Shown: piece after piece, positions 54,706 through 64,000 of the stretch
How the letters are laid out: the number at the start of each line of letters is the position of its first letter
Position numbering within the stretch: position 1 is the first letter of the stretch
DNA from: Octopus vulgaris
Taxonomy: Eukaryota
Length of the DNA stretch: 64,000 nucleotides
Direction: 5' to 3'
Assembly (NCBI GenBank): GCA_951406725.2
Contig: OX597817.1
Location: 20,150,001-20,214,000 of the forward strand
Made by a program: the position numbers and the translations under genes
The notes under the pieces: generated by a model
Database searches by the model: none
The model's input: only the letters and a program-made list of their open reading frames with translations
What the model was told of the DNA's origin: nothing

Positions 54706-55144
54706 CATGTAGAAAAGTAATCAGTTGTTTGATCACACTAATAACCTGCTTCTGCTGTAAAATGTAACTAGCTGAGAATTCCACATACACTCCTATCGTA
54801 ACGTCATACTCAGACGGAATCAGTGCAATGCAGTGTATAAATGGGTTGCACCTACCGATTTGAAGGTACAGTCCATCAAACCTCCTCCTCATATACACTT
54901 TCCGTCCATCTAATTTCACTAACATGCTATGGTGCCTTAATGGTACATGCTCAATATTTACAACTACACACACACTTACACACAGGCACGCATTGCTCAT
55001 ACGCACACACACACACAAACACACGCATGCACAAGCCTTGAGTGCAGAGTTACGCGAACAAAAGTATACGACATGAAATGTATGTATATTAAGAAAGCAA
55101 TATTATGCAAATTATTCCAACGCAAATAATTTTAATATGATTTG

Positions 55145-55335
55145 TTTCCAATTTTGGCACAAATCCAACAGTTTTGGGGAGGGGGCCAAGTCGACTAAAT
55201 CAATTGGAGTGCTCAATTGATACATATTTTATCAAGGCCGAAAGAATGGAAGGCAAGGTCGACCTCGGCGGAATTTGAACTCTGAACGATAAGTATTCTG
55301 CCCGGCATGCTAACGATTCTGCCAGCTTGCCGCCT
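55145..55335 (-). mobile_element. SINE family C
   Basis: aaggcaaggtcgacctcggcggaatttgaactc..gctaacgattctgccagcttgccgcc. Confidence 0.88.
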
Positions 55336-55340
55336 TGATT

Positions 55341-55627
55341 GTTTGTTCCTTCTCGAGTTAAGTCTGGCTCATAAGGGCCCCTTGGTGTATAGGTTCCCCA
55401 CCTGGACACGACGCCAGTCCGTCGCAGGTGAGCTGCAGGAGGAAAGAGTGAGAGAAAGTTGAGGCGATAGAGTCAGCAGAAGTGAAGTTCGCCAATAACT
55501 TCTGCCGGAGCCGCATGGAGCTTAAGAGTTTTGCTCATAAACACACACATCACCCGGTCTGAGATTCGAACAAGTGATCCCTCCAGCACGAGTCCGCTGC
55601 TCTAACCACTAGGCCATGTGCCTCCAC
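55341..55627 (-). mobile_element. SINE with a family-B-like head, inserted at the 5' end of the family C copy
   Basis: Head ggaggcacatggcctagtggttagagcagcggactcg; 13-bp direct repeat tgccgccttgatt at 55328-55340 and 55628-55640. Confidence 0.88.
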
Positions 55628-57089
55628 TGCCGCCTTGATTAGAATAATAATATCGATGATATAGAATGGCACCATTATTCAGATTCGGTGGAGCAGAGCA
55701 GAATACAGTCGATTAACTCGATTGATACACTATAAATCCCTTTCAGTTTTTATAAATTATCAAAATACTAAAAGCCAGTAAAAAAATAGCATTGCACTTC
55801 GTTCGTTGATCTGCTGAATTCTATGAGGTTGATTATTATTGTGTTTACCCCCTTTGTTTTGTGCTTTTTAACGCATCATGCAGGCTAACAATAATTCCTT
55901 TTTGCATGTCTTTAGTTTAGTGCAGCATAAAATATCACTTCTTTAGAATTCATATTTATATCCATACACAGTGAAAAGAAATAAACTCCAGTTATAAGAG
56001 TTTAATTATGTATTATCACATTTTCTTTTCTCACGCAAAGACACACACACACACATACTTTGTCTGTCTATCTGTCTTTTTTTTTCTCTCTCTCTATCTC
56101 TCTTAGTTTCTTAACGTGTATGCCTATGTATATTACATTCTCCACTTGTCGCTCTCATTTTTTTAAGCACTAAAGTTTCATTATTCTATCCCATTATATA
56201 CTTTATTTTCTTATATCCTGATAACGCATTTGTTTTCATTTCCTTGGCACAGCTATTGAATTTTACATCAACACGTGACTGAAGTTACTTTTATTTTAAT
56301 TATCCTTTTGTAATGCGAGCGTGTAACAAAGGCAGCTGTATTTGAAGTAGTGCGAATTTTTTTCAAAATATTTCTGTTTTTCTCAATTATCAAAAATGCA
56401 AGTGCTTGGTGTCTTGTGACTACGGTTAATAACATGTGGTTCATCGTTATTTTTCTTCCTTCTGTGTTTCCTTTCAATTGGTGTTATGTTTTTTTATACA
56501 TTTTGTTTTTCTTTTGAAAATTAGAACGCATATCTGGACGCTTAACATACAGCACTTAACAGTAATAATAATGTTTGTAAGAATGATTTTTGTTAAAGCA
56601 GACTTCAGAACTGGTATTGTAGTTTTCTTTGTCGGGTTGTGAACAAATATTCGATCTCTTTGAAATTGATAAAGAATAATTACTGAAAAAAAGTAAAAAA
56701 TATAAACTCAGTTGCATTCTGGGTGATATCATTCCCAGTGCACCGGAAGACGCAACCTTACTGCATTTAGTTATGCTCCTGTGAAATTGGCTTTCCGTTT
56801 CAAATTTCTTGTTTTAATATGTTTGCTTCATTAAATATCAGTGAATTCCTTCAGTAACTATGTACCTAGAGTAAAAATCAATATGTGAAATGGAGTATCG
56901 AACGTGATACAAATTGTATTGTGCTGTTACATCATTACAATAACGATCTATAAAATGCAACCTTCAGCGAATAATAATAGTAAAAATATACGAAGCACTT
57001 TTAATAATTATTACTAGCCGTTATCTGGGTTGTTTGATTATACCTTATGTAGGATATTTTTTTTAGCAATAATATGAGGTTGTCGTCAA

Positions 57090-57301
57090 GGCGGCGAGCT
57101 AGCAGAAACGTTAGTACTTCGGGTGAAATTCTTAGCAGTATTGTGTCTGTCTTTTCGTTCTGAGTTCAAATTCCGCCGAGGTCGACTTTGCCATTCATCT
57201 TTTCGGGATCGATAAATTAAATACCAGTTGCGTACTGGTGTTGATCTAATCGACTAGTCCCCTCCCACCGAATTTCGGGCCTTGTGTCTAGAGTACAAAA
57301 G
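57090..57301 (+). mobile_element. SINE family C with a 19-bp target-site duplication
   Basis: aatatg(a/g)ggttgtcgtcaa at 57071-57089 and 57302-57320. Confidence 0.92.
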
Positions 57302-60300
57302 AATATGGGGTTGTCGTCAATTGTAATTGTTATAGTATTTGAAATAAATATATTTAAGATATATGAAATAGTATGTTTATCGGAAAATATGAAATTTATA
57401 TTGAGTTATCTAACATATTTTATGTTTTATAGAAAAATAAAACATGTCTACTATTTGGTTTGAGACCTTCATTCACATCTGCTCACTAGGTTTATATAGT
57501 AAAATTGGAAATTTATTGTAATTGAATTGAATGTATACTTATTTAATTTAATACACAAAAAATGCAGCATAATTAAATAAGTAAATAAAAAAGGAGTTCA
57601 GCAGATTAAATCTCTGTTCAGGGAAAAGAATTCAATATGGAACTGAAATCAGTAGGGATTCTGATACATCGAGAGACATCTGTCCTTACTGTCAGTTGGT
57701 ATCCTGTTTCTGCTTATGAATTGTCTTTGCGATTGCGGAAAATATGATGCATGCATGACATGATAACCTAGCCTAGACGCATATCATTTACTAATTTTAT
57801 CTAAGCGAAAATTGTTAAACCAGTTTCATTTATTGAATCAGTTTTACGGCACTATATTTCAAAAATAAAGATACCACAGCTTTTATCAATGGTTTCAGAT
57901 TTTGTCTCAATTTCACGTTCACACCATTCTTCTTCGCTCACCTATAAAGGATTACTTGTTTTTATATATCGAAGTACAAAAATCACTACAAAATAAGCGA
58001 AAAACTATTTGAATAGTGTATGAAGATTCAACATTTTCATGCGTTATTAATTATTGGTCCGGAAAAGTTTGCTTTACGGGTGCAGATTGCCATCCTAATT
58101 CAATCAATGTTTGTACTATCAAGAATTAACACGAATAGTTCATATTGGGCGATTTGGAATTTCACATTTTCCCACTGATAACTTTAAAATATAATGCATG
58201 TGCTGTTACCTGTATGTCAAACGTAAACTTCAGTTATGCAACAATTTACAAAACCACCCGTTTTGCATTTACAGACGTTATGAAGTAAATTTGTATTGGT
58301 TTTAGATGGATTTATAATATCATCATCATCTCTCATGTCATGTCTCTTTTAGATGAATTAATATTTAATTCTTACCCTTCTCCTTCACAATTGCTTGTGC
58401 CAATAGTTTTGAAGTTATAATGGTATTTCAGAATTCAATGCTCACGACTAATACCACTCCCGGTGCATTAATATTTCGTGATATGCAACATATGATTTTC
58501 ATTACCCAGGTGTTACTACATATAACACCACACATCTCAACGTATACCGCAGTGTCTAAGCTGAATGAGTATCTATAAAATTATATGATTTTTCTGAATG
58601 TCATCACGTTATCTATTGCTATTTGGTGACTAAATCTTGATGTACTACTTTTAATAAGGCTAAGCTGCACAGCTACCACCTCCACACAAAGGGATTCCTC
58701 TTTTATTGCAACGACTCTCAACTAATGGAGACACTAAGATTTTAGCATCCCCACACGAAACACATACAACGTGATACAAACGATTAATAAGCGACAATCT
58801 TGATTATACAAAGAACTGCACAAGAACATATTAATCCCCATAGTACAAGAGATGTACTAACAACAAACAGAGATATTTATCTGGTGGACAAAGAATAAGT
58901 CTAACGTTAAGAAACTGAAATTATAGCGATAATATTAAGAGCACACTTTCGTAGCGCTTCGGTTATAAAGCGAGGCCAACGTATGCTAAATATATTTCAA
59001 ATAGATGATCAAATCGGAAAATTTGAAAAGCCTTTATAACAGATTTGGCATGTGTCAGTAAAAAAAAGTCCTCTTAAACATTTCCAGAGATCATTTTATG
59101 CATATTTAATCGTACATAGTCCTTGTTCATCAACAAATCGATAATATTTATTGGTAGTGTAGCTGTGTGAAGGAACTGTTGGAAATTCGTTTTAAATGCA
59201 GTACATGAATTCTATTTTGATAAGAAATCATAACATAGTCAAAGTCGTTTTTCATATTTTCCTCTACTATGAAATATTTAAGTAATTCATGATCTAATTT
59301 GGCCTTTCAGACAACTTATAGTAACCATCCACTTGTTTGAATTTCTACCACTTGAATAAATTCTTTGAAATTAACAATTAATGGCGACGGCTGCTAAAGC
59401 CAAATCTCTTGAATTTCCCTGTTTATATTTGGCATGGATAAACTTACACTTCTATCCTTACTTTTACCCAAAGCATAATAAATGGAGAAAATGGTGAATT
59501 TATACAATACCTCTCATTATAAGTAAGTATATGGTCTTGTTAAAATTTTATAAAATTACCTGTGGTGTAATAAAAATGATACTTTACTTTCATAATTATT
59601 TAAATTGTTGGTTATATAATTCCAGAAGAAATATGAAATATTGGCAATAATGTTTGGGAAATATCAAAAATGACAAGAGAGAATAACTGCAGGTAATTTC
59701 AATAAAAATAATAATAAGAAAAAAAAACAAAACTTTTCTCGAATTAACTTAGACATCGGGTTGATGTTTTTTAACGTCTGCTTTTATTACAATATACAAG
59801 AACTAAATTTCTTTAATGTACGAACTAAGATGCAAGTAATGTTGAATATAGTGGCGGTGGTGTTAAGAACAATTTTATTATTTTGATGCAATGGTGATAG
59901 CAAAGTTAGTAATTTTGAAATGAAAACAAATACAATACTCATAAATCAGCACTGCTTTAAATGATTTTGTTACTAATTACAAAGAGAAATAGGCAAGAAT
60001 ATTAAAATGATAGTGAATGCAAAAAAGATGTCTGCAATGTTAAATTCAAAATTATGTCTCTCAACAACGAATAATAAAAATTTAGATAATGTATTACTTT
60101 AGTTTCTTAAAGTAACTTCAAAAATATTGAATTTTGCATTTATTCTTGATTTGATTTCTCGATGTTATGTGCTGGGAAATGAGCGTATATTACTTTATAC
60201 TGACACGCAGTCATAAACATACTCATATTTGCATGCATTAATATATGTATATATACATATATTTAAGTATGCGTATGTGAGTGTGCATGTATATGTATAT

Positions 60301-60302
60301 GC

Positions 60303-60537
60303 AAATCAACTGGAGTGCTCAATTGATACATATTTTATCGAGGCCGAAAGAATAGAAGGCAAGGTCGACCTCGGCGGAATTTGAACTCTGAACGATAAGT
60401 ATTCTGGCCGGTATGCTAACGATTCTGCCAGCTTGCCGCCTTGATTGTTTGTTCCTTCTCGAGTTAAGCCTGACTCATAAGGGCCGGTTTCCCGGTTTCC
60501 TTGGCGTATAGGTTCCCCACCTGGACACGACGCCGGT
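60303..60537. repeat. Direct local duplicate of the nested-SINE junction at 55197-55418
   Basis: Same junction gccgccttgattgtttgttccttctcgagtt and same private deletion (ctgaacgataagtattctg). Confidence 0.9.
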
Positions 60538-61283
60538 AGATGCAAATGTGTGTGTTTACACAAACTGTGGAACACGTTTACATATTTATGTTTATATGTA
60601 CATATTTGTGTGTGTATGTCTGGGTGAATATGCATAAGGAAAAGAATTACCACAGCCACTAGAGAGTGGGACAGCGTTTACAGTCCAACGCCGTTAAAGT
60701 CGAATTTTTTTCTCATTATTTCACTGTTCTCACAAGTGCAATGAGTAGAGCTATCAACGGTAGGGTCTTAGCAAAATTGTAAGAGAGTGATTTGGTCTGA
60801 CTTGAAGTACTTTCTTCTCTAGGTATTTGCTCATGGACTTAAATGATTTCTATGTCAAATACACCAGCTTTAGATAAAAGAGAGTGGTCGGTAGGGACAT
60901 ACATGTGAAAAATGCTATACAGTATTACATGAGTATCAACCTGGGAAGAAAGACCAGCATTTAACTTACAAAGAAGTACGTGATCCACTCTAATTACGCA
61001 AGGTGCGTCTATTCATAACTAATCGGCCATCTCCGTACCCAGCGTGAATATTGAAAGAGCGCCCCACTTCCATGAAACGACCAATGCCTGGCATAAACAC
61101 GTTTTCGATGCAGCTTTTGCAAATTTTAACGCTTAGGTATTGTGAAATGATGGGTCTTATATAAAAACATAGGCTCATATATATTCGTTGGCATCGTTTT
61201 TGTCTCTGGAGTCAATGGAGTTGCGCATAAATTAGTCTAGTCCGGCTTTTATATTTCATGTCCTGATACATTTCCTGCTGTGG

Positions 61284-61335
<52 letters not shown>

Positions 61336-61884
61336 ATAATATTAGGGAGTAAATCCAAACTTACAGGGAAAAATTAGATTTAGGATCATATATAATTTCA
61401 CAGTATAAATATAAATTAAATTAGGCAAATCAAACAGTGAAAAGCATAAACCAAAACATAAAAGTAAAAATAATTAATATAATATACAAAATATATGAAA
61501 TATAAAATTTAAAATATTTAAATTTAAAATTATTAGGCTTTCCATTTAATCCTAGAAACAAAATCCTTAATATTATTAAGTTTCAAAAATATGTTCTTTC
61601 CTAGAGGGTATTGGACTATCCTTTATATATGAATTCCAAAATAGCGGTTCTATCTTACCTGTACATTCCATAACTCACGAAATTGATATAGTACACTCAA
61701 TAAACGTAATTTATCAATATATTAATTATAACACTAATAAAGATATTAGGGAGTAAATCCAAATTTACAGGGGAAAATTATGTTTTTCATTGTTTGATTT
61801 GCCTAATAGTGGTTTTATCTCTAATTTAATTTATATTTATACTGTGAAATTAGATGTAATCCTAAATCTATTTTTTCCCTGTAA
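61336..61884. mobile_element. PLE-type terminal structure with direct and inverted repeats
   Basis: atattagggagtaaatccaaa.ttacaggg occurs at about 61340 and 61743; 61778-61884 is the reverse complement of about 61360-61450. Confidence 0.6.
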
Positions 61885-61947
61885 TTTCCAACAGCTGCAT
61901 TGGTACAATTTTATTTATGTATTCATAGATTAAATAATAACCTATAT

Positions 61948-62090
61948 TCCACCATCGACAGGTAAAATTGTCACACAGGCGACAGGTAAAATTGTCAGGT
62001 ACTTAAGTAAATATACAGACATATATATTTATTTAAGTACTTGTGAATGTTACCTGTCAGCTGCGTCACAAATTACCTGTTGATGGTGGA
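61948..62090. mobile_element. Fold-back MITE-like hairpin
   Basis: tccaccatcgacaggtaa...ttacctgttgatggtgga with internal gacaggtaa repeats in both arms. Confidence 0.75.
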
Positions 62091-62113
62091 CTCGTGGTTG
62101 GACTTCGCGGGAA

Positions 62114-62312
62114 TTGTGAGTGTTTATTGAGCGGAAAGACGTAAAGCTCCACGAGGCTCCGGCAGGGTGTAATGGCGATCCCTGCTGTACTCTTTCGCCG
62201 CAACTTGCCCTCGCTCTTTCTTCTGTGGGCCTGCTCGCTTAGCCAATGCGAAGCGCTTTCTGACCAGCGATGTGTAGCAACATCTGATAGTCTGGTCGGT
62301 CACGGTGATCAC
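62114..62312 (+). mobile_element. SINE family B, 5' truncated
   Basis: gtgtttattgagcg..aaagctccacgaggctccggcaggg..gaccagcgatgtgtagcaacatctgat. Confidence 0.88.
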
Positions 62313-62315
62313 GTT

Positions 62316-62390
<75 letters not shown>

Positions 62391-62736
62391 CGGGTTCGTT
62401 CTGCGTCTGCGCAGTGATCTGATTAGTTAGAAAGAGCAAATTAGTAGACGCACATGTGTCTATCGAGGTGCGTTTCAGAATAACAGGAATCTTACTGAAG
62501 AGCCTACCTGAGTAAATAAATATTATTTTTATTGGTTGAAAAAGGCGAAACTGCAGTCTAAGATGAACCGAGTTAGTAAAAGTTTTTATTTTCATTTCAC
62601 TAAATTTATCAAGCTTCTGTGTATCTAGTACATACTTCGCCTTTAATGTACTTATATATGAATAATATATGGCCTGTGCTAGAAACACCAGCGATAATAA
62701 TTAATTTTATTTTATCGCATTTTGAATTTGTTTATA

Positions 62737-62793
<57 letters not shown>

Positions 62794-62839
62794 TAAGTAG
62801 GTGAATGAATTATCTTAGTATGGATAATTCGGTTAACCG

Positions 62840-62973
<134 letters not shown>

Positions 62974-64000
62974 TATACATATATATTTCTTGTGCGGTTT
63001 TATCTTGCTGAAAATCGGACGTATAGTTAGTGTCACATAGTGAAGCCAGTAAGTTGACTAGACATTTATGTTATTTGAAGGCCTACTGCATACCACAAAC
63101 ATTGAAGTGGAATATTGTAGTTGTCCGCTAGTCTTACCTTTTGTCCACCTCACTTTCACCACTGGTTATTCCAAGGGAACGCAGACTGGTTGTTAGATTC
63201 CAGCAACTGTTACAATATGATAGGAATCTTAATATAATGGAATCTAGTGTCTGTTACTTTTAATTTTTCAGCATTTTACGCAATCTTTCTTCAACTGTCT
63301 CTTGCTCCCTCAACTAGAGCAACAAAGGCGATGGTTCAAAATCGTCAGTATGATGATCTTATCTGCTACCTATTCAATTCACAGAACCGATATATCAGTT
63401 AATTCCAAACGTCGTCATGACTTACTTGAGTGTACAGATCTGCGCTCACTTAAAATCTCTCATCACCTACATTGATAACAGCACTACTTGAAATGTTTCA
63501 ACCGTCAATATCCCTTTTTAGTTCAATTATCTAAATTTCTAATATAAGTGTGGGTGAGTTTTTACCATATTCAGTTTTTGTCGGGGCCACGTTGTTCTTA
63601 GGGTGATATGAAGCCATATGTTAAAGATAAGTAATCCATACTCTGGTAATTATTGTGTATTCTTCAAACTAGCAGACATTACAAAACCAATTATAACTTT
63701 GCCAAACCATTGAATTTTCCATCAATTATGACCATACTACATTTTTTGTCTCACATATGCAGATCTATCTTTCAGTTAGTAATGTAAATCTGTGCAAATG
63801 TTGTTCTTGCTCTTTTTGTTGGCGACAAGATATTTGCTGGCAATAACCATTTTAGCATCGTTCAAACTGAAGTATAGTTTATTCTCGTAAAATGTAAACG
63901 TAATTATAAAAGCGAAATGGCTGCCCCTGTGTTTAATATTTCTCTCTAATATAATTATGCTCTATGCTTGATAGACTCCAATATAAATATTCTTCATAAA

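Noticed and set aside
60700-61150. Possible DDE transposase remnant (WGALS) on the minus strand
   Set aside because: One short motif only; catalytic motifs are not recoverable.

Overview
AT-rich, microsatellite-dense animal DNA, most likely from an Octopus species; this is inferred from the tRNA-derived SINE families and the (TA)n/(CA)n/(TATG)n density. I found no supportable host protein-coding exon, and nearly all listed ORFs are translated microsatellites or transposon debris. The window is a mosaic of decayed mobile elements: a Ty3/gypsy pol fragment, CR1-group, RTE and R4/Dong-like LINE pieces, Tc1/mariner fragments, a non-autonomous Helitron, MITEs, at least four tRNA-SINE families and many Penelope-like element (PLE) remnants. 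The most notable signal is a set of hammerhead ribozyme motifs (CUGANGA...GAAA) in three contexts: at PLE 3' ends, in short solo units beside (TA)n, and inside a tRNA-headed SINE, which suggests a PLE-mobilised ribozyme SINE. Also notable are two short locally templated duplications with flanking direct repeats (one with an apparent gene-conversion tract), an RTE 3' end with three C2H2-type fingers still in frame, and a possible very old mitochondrial insertion. All family calls come from motif recognition by eye, not database searches.
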